Source: Candidatus Micrarchaeota archaeon (lineage in GTDB: Archaea > Micrarchaeota > Micrarchaeia > Anstonellales > Bilamarchaeaceae). Taken from it: a DNA stretch of 64,000 nt. Position numbers and translations under genes: made by a program. This document shows positions 9,715 to 19,237 of the stretch, in pieces. The stretch is from the NCBI GenBank assembly GCA_043816005.1, contig JBDRIM010000041.1:19509-83508 (forward strand), written 5' to 3'. Numbering within the stretch: the stretch's first letter is position 1; every line of letters begins with the position of its first letter. The notes under the pieces are model-generated. The model did no database searches. It saw nothing but the letters and a program-made list of their open reading frames with translations, and had not been told where the DNA came from.

Positions 9715-10581
9715 ATGATGCTCATAAACGACGATGGTAAGGTAATTGGATGTAAAGAGATAAGTCAATTTAAAGCTCTTTCTAATGACAGATTGAAAAT
9801 ATTAAAATACCTTGGAAGAAGACCAGCATATGCTATAGAAATTGCCAAGGAAATAGGATTACCTCCGCAGATAACATATTATCATATTAAAGTCCTTGAA
9901 CGCGCAGGTATGATTAAGTTTGTTGATTATGAGGAAAAGAATGGTGGTGTGGCAAAAAGATATCTTGCAAAAGCCCAAAGTTTTGCTCTTGTGGTGGATG
10001 ATAAAGGATGGAAAGATTCTGCATCGCCTTCAAAAGAGGCACCAGTTATTCTGGAACGGTTTTTTGAAAATGGTGTGTTCAATGGCTTGATGGTCGTTGG
10101 TTCTCCTGACCCACATGGAAAGCACAGGGCAAGAGGAAGTGAACTTGGTATGTTGGAATTGGCAATGCTTTTTGGTAGATATGCTGCACCAGTTTTTCCA
10201 ATGTATAAATTGGACACACAAACTACCGAACGAGATCGAACTGGAAATTTGGTTCTGGCTGGAGGACCAAAAGTCAACATCCTTGTTGCAGAAGTTAATG
10301 GAAAATTACCGATCAGATTTACCTCTGATAACGCAGAATTGTATAGTACAATAACAAGTAAAGCATACAGTGGGAATATAGGAGTTGTTGAATTGATTAA
10401 AAGTCCGTTTGATAGCTCAAAAAAAATTTTAGTCATTGGTGGTTTGAATCAAAACGGAACGCGAGCAGCGGTTCTTGCTTTAGTAAAACATAGTAAAGAA
10501 TTTGAAAAAATGACTAGAGTTGTTGAAGGTTTTGACGAGGATGGAGATGGGCTTGTAGACACTATAGAATTTTTAGAATAA
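9715..10581 (+). CDS. ArsR-like winged-helix transcriptional regulator with C-terminal domain
   Basis: ALSNDRLKILKYL...YYHIKVLERAGMI; likely start is the ATG at 9715. Confidence 0.75.
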   Translation: MMLINDDGKVIGCKEISQFKALSNDRLKILKYLGRRPAYAIEIAKEIGLPPQITYYHIKVLERAGMIKFVDYEEKNGGVAKRYLAKAQSFALVVDDKGWKDSASPSKEAPVILERFFENGVFNGLMVVGSPDPHGKHRARGSELGMLELAMLFGRYAAPVFPMYKLDTQTTERDRTGNLVLAGGPKVNILVAEVNGKLPIRFTSDNAELYSTITSKAYSGNIGVVELIKSPFDSSKKILVIGGLNQNGTRAAVLALVKHSKEFEKMTRVVEGFDEDGDGLVDTIEFLE

Positions 10582-11775
10582 TTAAAGAGAAAGAATATTT
10601 ACTTGTGGCTGGTATACAAAACTTTCATCAATCCCGTGAGCTTTATTAAATACTCTCAAAGTTCTACCATTAAAACCAACTAATGAGATAGCCGCACCGT
10701 TTGCAGTGGCTTCTAAAATTTTATGATGTTCACACAAATCTGATTCTATTAAACGAGAGGCATCGAGAGTGATATCAGTAGTTAATGCAACTGTGTGTCC
10801 GCTGCCACGTTCACCATCATGAGCTAAACTGTTTATACCTAAGACATGACCATAGGCATATGGTAATGAGCAGCTATCCTCCACTGTTAGCCTACTTCCT
10901 CCGAGAACAACAGTAACTGCGAATAAGCTGTTTGGACCTTGTTTGAAAAGATATTTAGGACCATCGGGAGTATTTGGAGTTAATCTTGCATCAACACAAC
11001 AAATTCCACCGACTTCAAGAGCAAGAGAATGTGGGTCCAATACTCTCCTTAAGTCGGTTGGATCATATGCAACTGCAGAATGAGCATAGTGTGATTGTAA
11101 ACTACCATTACCACCATTCTCAGCAAGCTTGCGTGCACCTTTTGCCATTTGTGCACTGAGTGCACCGAGTTTCGGATGATATTCCAATATGTCGCCATTC
11201 GCAATATCACGATTGAATGCAGTAAAATGTAGCGCTTCTTCCCCAGTCCATACTGTGTATACGATAGTAATGTTTTTTCGATCGATTATTGATTTAAATT
11301 CTTGATCTGAACAAATTATTTCAGCTTGGAATCTTGCATTTTCAAATTCTGCTTCAGGCGAATGCATCCGAGCTACATTAGGAGATATGTGCTCTAGGAG
11401 ATGATTAACACTTCGTGGTTCATTTAAATGTTCACCTGTTGGAAGAGCCAATTCTGCTTGTTTGGCTCCAACTGCACCACATTTAGTAAGACCACCATGA
11501 CCCAAAATTAAAAATGCACCACCAGGTACAATCTTATCTAAAATGTGCTTGACTTCGAGTCTAGCAACAGATTCGCTTAAACATATTGCTTGACCAGCCA
11601 CCCTGACAAAACTTACTCCACTTAACGTTGAAGGGTATGTTCTATTTTGAAAACCGTGTTGAAAACCATCGACTAATACACCAAGTGATTCTGGGATAGT
11701 AAGAACTCTTCTTTGAGCTAATTTTTCTGCAATTTCTGGCCCTCTAATAAGTTTTGAAGCAACCATTTTTTTCAC
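10582..11775 (-). CDS. Hypothetical protein with rearranged beta-carbonic-anhydrase-like motifs
   Basis: RVAGQ and LILGHGGLTKCGAV in the N-half; CCVDAR in the C-half. Confidence 0.5.
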   Translation of the reverse strand: MKKMVASKLIRGPEIAEKLAQRRVLTIPESLGVLVDGFQHGFQNRTYPSTLSGVSFVRVAGQAICLSESVARLEVKHILDKIVPGGAFLILGHGGLTKCGAVGAKQAELALPTGEHLNEPRSVNHLLEHISPNVARMHSPEAEFENARFQAEIICSDQEFKSIIDRKNITIVYTVWTGEEALHFTAFNRDIANGDILEYHPKLGALSAQMAKGARKLAENGGNGSLQSHYAHSAVAYDPTDLRRVLDPHSLALEVGGICCVDARLTPNTPDGPKYLFKQGPNSLFAVTVVLGGSRLTVEDSCSLPYAYGHVLGINSLAHDGERGSGHTVALTTDITLDASRLIESDLCEHHKILEATANGAAISLVGFNGRTLRVFNKAHGIDESFVYQPQVNILSL

Positions 11776-11966
11776 CTGATATGTTATAATATATGGTAGG
11801 AAGGGTTTTTATATACCTCTTAAAGTACAACTAAACCCTTCCTAACACTGTTGATTAGTTATGTAGTTAAATGGTTTTAAAAACTTAATTGATGTGGTTT
11901 GATATGTTAAAAGTGAGCAATATAAATGTTAAAGCCTAACTTTAACTGAAAAAGATTGGTGATTTA

Positions 11967-12527
11967 ATGAATGAAAAAGAAATATTAGAGAGATTGATAG
12001 AAGGCAACAAGAGATTTGCATCTGGAAATACCCTTCCAAAGGATCATATGGCAGCTAGGGAAGCAACCAAAGATGGTCAAACGCCATTTGTGACTGTAGT
12101 TTCATGCAGTGATTCAAGAGTAGTTCCAGAATATATATTCGATCTGAATATAGGTGAGGTATTCACAATAATCACAGCAGGAAATATAGTTGACACGATC
12201 ACCTTAGGCTCTATCGAATATGGAGTATACCATTTACACACACCACTGTTGATAGTCCTGGGCCATGAAAAATGCGGTGCAATAACCGCTGCTTGTCAAG
12301 GAGGCGTCTGCCCGCCAAATATCCAAGCAATAATTGATAAGCTAAAACTACCAGTACATGTTGGCGAAAAAGATATTGAAAAAACCATTTGCATAAATAC
12401 GAAAGTAGTCATTGAAGAAATTCGCGAAAGAAGTGACATAGTAAAGCAATTGGAAAAAGAAGGAAAATTAAAACTGGTTGCAATGAAATATTATTTCGAA
12501 GATGGTAGAGTTGAACTAATCGATTAA
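11967..12527 (+). CDS. Beta-class carbonic anhydrase
   Basis: LIEGNKRF, CSDSRV, TAGN, GHEKCGA. Confidence 0.95.
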   Translation: MNEKEILERLIEGNKRFASGNTLPKDHMAAREATKDGQTPFVTVVSCSDSRVVPEYIFDLNIGEVFTIITAGNIVDTITLGSIEYGVYHLHTPLLIVLGHEKCGAITAACQGGVCPPNIQAIIDKLKLPVHVGEKDIEKTICINTKVVIEEIRERSDIVKQLEKEGKLKLVAMKYYFEDGRVELID

Positions 12528-12570
12528 CCTTTACCTATTCTTTTAAATTATTAGGAGCGTGAAGTATAGT

Positions 12571-13008
12571 ATGGAAAAAGTACTCATTTTATCAGGAAGC
12601 AAAAGCGATGAAGAAATAGCAAAGCAAGTGATGGATGTCCTAGCTGCGTTTGGAGTCCCGTGTAGATATGAGGTTGCATCGGCACATCGTAATCCTGACA
12701 AAGTTGATAGATTAGTAAAAGAATCAACAGCAAGTGTTTTCATAGCAATAGCTGGCCTCAGTGCAGCATTACCTGGAGTAGTAGCATCAAAAACAACAAA
12801 ACCAGTAATTGGTGTTCCAGTAAATGCAGCATTGAACGGCTTGGATGCGTTATTAGCAGTTTCGCAAATGCCACCAAATGTGCCAGTTGCATGTGTTGGA
12901 ATAGGTATGGGGAAAAATGCAGGACTTTTAGCAGTACAGATATTAGCCTTAACAGATTCTTCAATTGCCACAAAATTGGCCGAATTCAAAGAAAAATTAA
13001 AACAATAA
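12571..13008 (+). CDS. purE: N5-CAIR mutase / AIR carboxylase
   Basis: GSKSD, SAHRNP, AGLSAALPG, QMPPNVPVA. Confidence 0.93.
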   Translation: MEKVLILSGSKSDEEIAKQVMDVLAAFGVPCRYEVASAHRNPDKVDRLVKESTASVFIAIAGLSAALPGVVASKTTKPVIGVPVNAALNGLDALLAVSQMPPNVPVACVGIGMGKNAGLLAVQILALTDSSIATKLAEFKEKLKQ

Positions 13009-13033
13009 GTAGGATGGATAGAAGAGAATTCAT

Positions 13034-14248
13034 ATGGCAGTAGATTCAGAAAAGATGTATCATTTACGCAAACAGTTACGTGTACTAGAACAGTTCCATG
13101 GTAGTGGAACAGAATTAATTTCAGTTTATATTCCAGCAGGATCTGCAGTGCATGAAATGAGCAGTAAATTAAGAGAGGAAATGAGTCAGGCAAGCAATAT
13201 CAAATCAAAATCAACTAAATTGAATGTTCTAGGTGCCCTCGAAAGGATAATGAATCATTTGAAATTATACAAGAGGACACCAAAAAATGGGATTGCTGTT
13301 TTCACAGGAAATGTATCTGAAAATTCAGCAAAGATAGATATACAACTTTTTACAATCGAACCACCAGAACCACTAAACATCGGCGCCTATCGCTGTGACA
13401 GTAAATTTTTCCTTGAGCCACTTCAAAATATGATGGGATCGACTGATTCCTATGGAATCGTGGTTATGGATGGAAGAGAGGCAACTGTTGCAATTGTTAA
13501 AGGAACGAATATTACAATAATCAAAAAACTAAACTCCACAGCACACGCAAAGATTAGGAAGGGCGGACAAAGTGCCAGACGTTATGAGCGTCTCATAGAG
13601 GAACAAATAGAGACATACTATAAGCGCGTTGGAGATGCCATGGATGGTGCCTACCTCAAAAATGAAAGATGCGTAATGAAAGGCGTTATTGTTGGTGGTC
13701 CAGGACCTGCTAAGGAATTCTTTATGAAAATGAGCCCGTTCAATTACCAAATAAAAGTTATGGGTGTTGTTGACACTGGGTATACTGATGAGTATGGCAT
13801 AAGAGAAGTATTATCGAAAAGTGAAACCATACTTGCGCAACAGGAAGCAGTAAAAGAGAAAGTACTTATTGATCGTTTTATAAAAGAGATAGTAAGCGAT
13901 GGACTTGCAACCTATGGTGAACGAGAGGTTCGTGATGTCATAACTACAAAGCAAGCAGAGAAGGTGTTGCTGTCCGAAGGCCTAACCTACTTAAGTGGTC
14001 TTTACAAATGCAGCACATGTGATATCGAAGAGAAAAGAATTGTTAGAGCGGATGATACGATCCAATGTAAATCATGTAATGGCCAAATGAAATTACAGTC
14101 AAAAGAACTATTGATAGATGATCTTGCAGAATTAGCAAAACAACTGGAGATCACTGTTGAAATCATATCAACTGATACTGTGGAAGGTGCACAATTTTTA
14201 ACTGGATTCGGTGGAATTGGAGCCTTCTTGAGGTACAGGAACAGGTAG
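13034..14248 (+). CDS. prf1: Archaeal peptide chain release factor aRF1
   Basis: GTELISVYIP, ASNIKS, GGQSARR, FGGIGAFLRY. Confidence 0.96.
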   Translation: MAVDSEKMYHLRKQLRVLEQFHGSGTELISVYIPAGSAVHEMSSKLREEMSQASNIKSKSTKLNVLGALERIMNHLKLYKRTPKNGIAVFTGNVSENSAKIDIQLFTIEPPEPLNIGAYRCDSKFFLEPLQNMMGSTDSYGIVVMDGREATVAIVKGTNITIIKKLNSTAHAKIRKGGQSARRYERLIEEQIETYYKRVGDAMDGAYLKNERCVMKGVIVGGPGPAKEFFMKMSPFNYQIKVMGVVDTGYTDEYGIREVLSKSETILAQQEAVKEKVLIDRFIKEIVSDGLATYGEREVRDVITTKQAEKVLLSEGLTYLSGLYKCSTCDIEEKRIVRADDTIQCKSCNGQMKLQSKELLIDDLAELAKQLEITVEIISTDTVEGAQFLTGFGGIGAFLRYRNR

Positions 14249-14887
14249 ATGTATCACGTTTATGCTACATGCACCTAAAGTATAATCTGACCCAACACTA
14301 ACGACCATGCCAGCATTATAGTATTTGGCTTGTTCATTTCCAGCTTTTACATAAACCGTAATACCATCTTTCAACATAGTAGTGCAATCCTCAAGTGAAA
14401 GTGTGCCTGTTGGAGTCACACAGCCGTCATTTGAAAATGACATAGGAACAACTGTTTTACCGCCCATGCCACTACTTGCAGCAAAATCCACACCACATTG
14501 AAGAACATTGTTCGAATTTACAGGATCATTTGTATTTCTGACATCCATGATAATGTAAACATTTTCAGCAGATGCAAAAATTTCCTTAAATGACTCTTGG
14601 TCGATTTCAGGACCAAATTGTAAAGTATTTTGGAGATTTAGAAAAACCAGATAAATAAGAATACCAAAAAGAACTACAATGGCCATAATTTTTAACTTCC
14701 CACTAGTATCCACTGTTTTTTTGGTTTCAACTGGTTTTTGAACTTCTTTGGGTTGGTGGATTTCGTTGGTTTTTACAACTCTGATTTCTTTTGGTGTTTC
14801 ATTAACAGTAGCCATAACTTTTGAATTTACTTCTTTTTTCTTCGAACGTTTAACGGATTTAGATTTCTTTTTCATATAATCAACCAA
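14198..14887 (-). CDS. Membrane-anchored hypothetical protein
   Basis: Lys-rich N-terminus, one TM, Cys-containing ectodomain resembling the C-terminus of the upstream ORF (IIMDVRN vs VIMVDLRN). Confidence 0.65.
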   Translation of the reverse strand: MVDYMKKKSKSVKRSKKKEVNSKVMATVNETPKEIRVVKTNEIHQPKEVQKPVETKKTVDTSGKLKIMAIVVLFGILIYLVFLNLQNTLQFGPEIDQESFKEIFASAENVYIIMDVRNTNDPVNSNNVLQCGVDFAASSGMGGKTVVPMSFSNDGCVTPTGTLSLEDCTTMLKDGITVYVKAGNEQAKYYNAGMVVSVGSDYTLGACSINVIHLPVPVPQEGSNSTESS

Positions 14888-16988
14888 ACATTGATACTAA
14901 TGGACATGAAGTATAATATTGTTTATTTGCAGTTATTTCTGCACTGTTCTTATAAATTATAGACAACCGAATTGAATTGCTAGTATCAGAATGGCCAAGG
15001 ATAAATGATGAAGGAGAATTGGCCGTATTATTGATACATTGTAATGAAGTTGCTGCAGTAGACGTATTTGAACCATTTGCAATCGTACATGTGCTTGGTG
15101 TTACAGTATAAATTGTCCATGTTTTATTTTTACTACCGAGTGAATCTGCTAGTTTTTCAGCACATGTCTGCATTGCTTCTGCATCTGATAATGTAACATT
15201 CCTAAGGTCAACCATGATTACAGCAGATTCTTTTGGCTCGAAATCTGCCATAAATTCCGTGAGTGTTGCACTCGATGATGTTTTCCCTAAAAATACAAAC
15301 ATAAAGGTACTAAATAGGAATAATAATACCAAAACTGATAGTAGTGCAGCTGCCAGAAGATGATTGGTTTTTGGAACTCTGAAGTTGTTTACAGCAAAAA
15401 GATACAAAAATGCCAAAAGAACTAATGAGGTAAATGAAAGGAATGTTACAAGTGAGAAAATAGCTAATACCCATGGATTATCAGGGATCTCAGCTCTATT
15501 AATGAAATTAGTATTGTCTGCAAGAGAAGCAATACCAACATTAACTCGTCTTGCAAAACCTCTAAACATAGATACTGCTTTCTTAGATGGGCTATCTTGT
15601 TCATTCTGAAGAAGATTTTGGGCTCTTAATGTTAAATCAGTGTAATTTCCCTCAAGAAGTACTAGCTCATCAATAGTAAGACCATCTCTGAACTGAGCAT
15701 TAAGATCATATGTTTGGTTGATTAAAACATTAAGAGAAGACAAAGTGATTGGATCAAGATCTTTTGTTTCTAACACCATGATGACCGAATTCTCAATATT
15801 TTTTGCGTTTAATGTCCGAGTATATTGATCCATAGCTACATCAGTCATATTTGAAACAACAATAGTGAGATTTTTGTATTGGATAATGTCGCTATCAAGA
15901 GTAGTAAAGTTTCTTTGTGAGATCCTCAATGGAATAGAAGTGTGAAGTGATTGTAATGATGCCAATTTTTGAGATAAAACCGGATCTAGAACGTGGCTAA
16001 TAGTTTCTTTGGCTAATGTTATTGTATCATTTGCAGATTGATTAAATGACTTAAATATTTTAGTATAGTTTTCTGCAATTGCAGTATTGGTAGCATATTC
16101 AATTCTTGATTGGGTTTCATCGTAGATTGCAATGGCAGATGAATTGAAATTCTGCAACGGTGCTACTTTTGTAACCAACGCAGTTGATTTTGAAACCACA
16201 TCATCTGCAGCACCCTGATCAATATCTATGGATGGACAGATAGCCATACATTTGAATTGACAAGCTGCACGATCAGCAGTATCATTGAGTTTAGGAGTAC
16301 GAAAAATGGAATATTCGATTTTTTCTGAAAGTGGTTTGAGTTCCGTAGATGTTGTTTTGATATAATTAAGAGTATCTACCAGACTATCTTCGTCTAAATT
16401 GGTAAGCTTATCAGTATAGTTAGCAACAAACAAATCCATTTTGATACTAGATGGAGTAAATTGGAAAAGCGGGTCCATCAAGGTTGTTGGTGAGCCTAAG
16501 CCTAAACCTTCACCATAAACACTGAATAATAGCATTGCATTTTTCATACAAGATTCATTGTCAAGACAACGAACAGGTTGACCAAAAACTGAAATTTTAC
16601 CATTTGATAAGAGAATATCATCACGGCAAATATATTCTTCTTTGTTCTTGAAGTCATAACCATCATTTCTACTGTCATTGAATTTTTTGATTGTTTGTAA
16701 GAGATCGTCGATTTCATCTTGTGTTGGATAGTAGGTTTTCATATAATGAGTGTAGATTGCAGAATTGATTTCTGCCTCTTCTGTTATCATATTATTATTC
16801 TTCAACAAAAACGTATCTACTCCGTCAAATTGCACTATGGAATAGTTATCATCATCCAAGGAAAAGTTTGAATAAGTAACAGTAACATTCGCTTCGTCTG
16901 CAAAAAAATAAGGTGACAGATTGAAAGCAAAAATCAAACCGGATAATAACAGTAGGAGCGCTACTGATTTGAGGGAGGTCATCGACAT
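14880..16988 (-). CDS. Large secreted/membrane hypothetical protein
   Basis: Signal peptide, many N-x-S/T sites, two TM helices. Confidence 0.7.
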   Translation of the reverse strand: MSMTSLKSVALLLLLSGLIFAFNLSPYFFADEANVTVTYSNFSLDDDNYSIVQFDGVDTFLLKNNNMITEEAEINSAIYTHYMKTYYPTQDEIDDLLQTIKKFNDSRNDGYDFKNKEEYICRDDILLSNGKISVFGQPVRCLDNESCMKNAMLLFSVYGEGLGLGSPTTLMDPLFQFTPSSIKMDLFVANYTDKLTNLDEDSLVDTLNYIKTTSTELKPLSEKIEYSIFRTPKLNDTADRAACQFKCMAICPSIDIDQGAADDVVSKSTALVTKVAPLQNFNSSAIAIYDETQSRIEYATNTAIAENYTKIFKSFNQSANDTITLAKETISHVLDPVLSQKLASLQSLHTSIPLRISQRNFTTLDSDIIQYKNLTIVVSNMTDVAMDQYTRTLNAKNIENSVIMVLETKDLDPITLSSLNVLINQTYDLNAQFRDGLTIDELVLLEGNYTDLTLRAQNLLQNEQDSPSKKAVSMFRGFARRVNVGIASLADNTNFINRAEIPDNPWVLAIFSLVTFLSFTSLVLLAFLYLFAVNNFRVPKTNHLLAAALLSVLVLLFLFSTFMFVFLGKTSSSATLTEFMADFEPKESAVIMVDLRNVTLSDAEAMQTCAEKLADSLGSKNKTWTIYTVTPSTCTIANGSNTSTAATSLQCINNTANSPSSFILGHSDTSNSIRLSIIYKNSAEITANKQYYTSCPLVSMFG

Positions 16989-17023
16989 TAATTTTGTAAG
17001 GTTAGTTTAAATACGTTTTCATT

Positions 17024-18010
17024 TCAACGCTCACGATTGATAACATAGTCAGCAATTGATAAAAGTGCTTTTTTATCTTCAGAATCAGGAAGCAAACGCA
17101 ATTCTTTTTTGGCATCAGCAACAAGATTTTTTGCATATGATTTAGCATAATCAATAGAACCATGTTTGTCAAGGATCGTTATTGCAGTAAGAATGTCCTC
17201 TTGATTTTTTGAATGTGAAGAAAGTATGGATATTAAACTGGATTTATTAGCTTCATTTGCTTTTTCAAGGCAGTGAACAACCATTAAGGTTCTCTTGCCT
17301 TCAGATATGTCTCCGCCGATTTCTTTTTTGTATGTTTCAAAATTACCAGTAAGATTTAAGATGTCATCCTGGATCTGAAAAGCTGCACCTATTTTCTCTC
17401 CGTAATCATGGAGGGCAACCATTACTTTTTTCGATGCTCCTGCAAGTAAGCCACCAGCTTCGCATGATAAACTTATCAAAGTTGAGGTCTTCCCATTGAT
17501 CATAGTGAGATACTCTTTTTCGCTTATATCAAACCTACCTGAATGAATCCATGATAATTCAATACCTTGTCCATCTACGACTTTTTTGAATGCTGATGAG
17601 TACAATTTCTGAAGTTTAGATAACAGTGATTGTTTCATATCTAAGAAAACAAGTTTCTTCCAAAGCAATGTATATAGTGCATCCCCTGAGTTAAGTGCAA
17701 TCGGTAAACCACAAGTTATATGTAGAGTTGGTTCGCCCCTCCTAAAATCAGAATTGTCTTCGATATCATCATGTATGAGAGTAAAATTGTGAAAAAGTTC
17801 CAATATCACAGATGCTTGAACAACTGATTCGTATTTTCCACCACTTGCACCGCATGATAGAAACATAAGCGCAGGACGAATGCGCTTGCCACCACGTCTT
17901 ATAAAAGGTGATATCATGCCATAGGTACGACTATCCTCATTTGAAAGTTCCTTTTCTATAGTTATTTCTACCTTATCAAGATATGATTTTATATGAGAAT
18001 AAAGTTCCAT
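17024..18010 (-). CDS. Polyprenyl (geranylgeranyl) diphosphate synthase
   Basis: GGKRIRP, LIHDDIED..RRG, FQIQDD, GKRT. Confidence 0.95.
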   Translation of the reverse strand: MELYSHIKSYLDKVEITIEKELSNEDSRTYGMISPFIRRGGKRIRPALMFLSCGASGGKYESVVQASVILELFHNFTLIHDDIEDNSDFRRGEPTLHITCGLPIALNSGDALYTLLWKKLVFLDMKQSLLSKLQKLYSSAFKKVVDGQGIELSWIHSGRFDISEKEYLTMINGKTSTLISLSCEAGGLLAGASKKVMVALHDYGEKIGAAFQIQDDILNLTGNFETYKKEIGGDISEGKRTLMVVHCLEKANEANKSSLISILSSHSKNQEDILTAITILDKHGSIDYAKSYAKNLVADAKKELRLLPDSEDKKALLSIADYVINRER

Positions 18011-18072
18011 AGATCTAACCTCTCAAAATATTATTTACAGGGGGTTAAAAAGGGACATGGGCCCCTTTTATA

Positions 18073-18372
18073 TTAAAGTCTTTTCGAATATCCACATTTG
18101 CAAGTTACCCTTAAACAATTATTCTTTCTGTCAAAGTTAACTTTTATTGACTTGTCAGGTATCCAAACCAGATAACATTTTCTACAAAAACTATTTTTAA
18201 GGTCTCCTGGAAGCTTTATTTTGTGTTTTTTCAATAAATCAAATGCTAATTTTACATATCTTTTTGAACGGTCTGGCTTTGCACCAACATAAGCATCACG
18301 AGATTGATGTAATAATTTTTCTATGGATGAGCGTACGCTGGACTTTATAATCTTTTTCAGTTTACTATCCAT
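18073..18372 (-). CDS. rnp4: RNase P protein component 4 (Rpp21)
   Basis: RYVKLA...FCRKC...VTCKCG zinc ribbon; likely start at 18372. Confidence 0.8.
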   Translation of the reverse strand: MDSKLKKIIKSSVRSSIEKLLHQSRDAYVGAKPDRSKRYVKLAFDLLKKHKIKLPGDLKNSFCRKCYLVWIPDKSIKVNFDRKNNCLRVTCKCGYSKRL

Positions 18373-18384
18373 GGAAGGGGTACG

Positions 18385-19221
18385 ATGGAAAACTTTATAT
18401 ACGATTACTTTATCAAACCAATTTGGGACCATAGTGGGTATAATATCGTCAATACTTTGACGTATGCGATAATTGCAATAGTTGCAGTTTTCTTAATCCA
18501 CAGGTGGTTCGGTTCAATAAAACTCAAGATTGATAGTAATTTTATTCTCGGTGTAATGGCATTTGTATTATTTGGTTCAACTATAAGAGTCGTTACTGAT
18601 TCAATAGATACTGGAATATTTACATCAATTACTCCAATTCATGAATTCGTATTGAATAGTCATCTTTGGGATTATGGGTATTTGACAGTTTCACCGGGAA
18701 TTTATATAGTAACTGCTGCGATTTTGTTAATATCCATAGGAATTTTACACAGAATAAAAAGAATGGAGTTGTTGAAGTTTGTTGGAATTGGGATCTGGTT
18801 TCCGCATTTTCTGCTTCTTCTACCATTTATGAAATATGCTATTTTTGCAATCCCAATAGTTATTCTTGCAGCAATTCCAGCATATATTGCTTATATGTAT
18901 TTTAAGAAAAAAGTTCTTGCAGCAATTGTTGCTGGTCAGGCACTCGATGGAGCAGCAACATTTTTTGTTATAGATCATTTTTCCAAAATTTCTGGTATCC
19001 AGTATTTCGAACAACATGTTTTTTCAGCTGCTATAGGTACTCTTGGTGGTAGTTACTTTTTCTTCTATTTGGTAAAAACTGCAATCGCCTTCCTAGCCGC
19101 AGATGTAATTAACAAGGAGAAAATGGATAATGAAGCTAAGTATTATGTTGCACTTGTCCTTATGATAATGGGATTTGCACCTGGAATAAGAGACATATTA
19201 AGGATGATGATGGGCGCATAA
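18385..19221 (+). CDS. DUF63-family archaeal membrane protein
   Basis: GYNIVNTLTY, LDGAAT, YFEQH, GFAPGIRD. Confidence 0.85.
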   Translation: MENFIYDYFIKPIWDHSGYNIVNTLTYAIIAIVAVFLIHRWFGSIKLKIDSNFILGVMAFVLFGSTIRVVTDSIDTGIFTSITPIHEFVLNSHLWDYGYLTVSPGIYIVTAAILLISIGILHRIKRMELLKFVGIGIWFPHFLLLLPFMKYAIFAIPIVILAAIPAYIAYMYFKKKVLAAIVAGQALDGAATFFVIDHFSKISGIQYFEQHVFSAAIGTLGGSYFFFYLVKTAIAFLAADVINKEKMDNEAKYYVALVLMIMGFAPGIRDILRMMMGA

Positions 19222-19237
19222 TAATTGTTGCTGAAGA

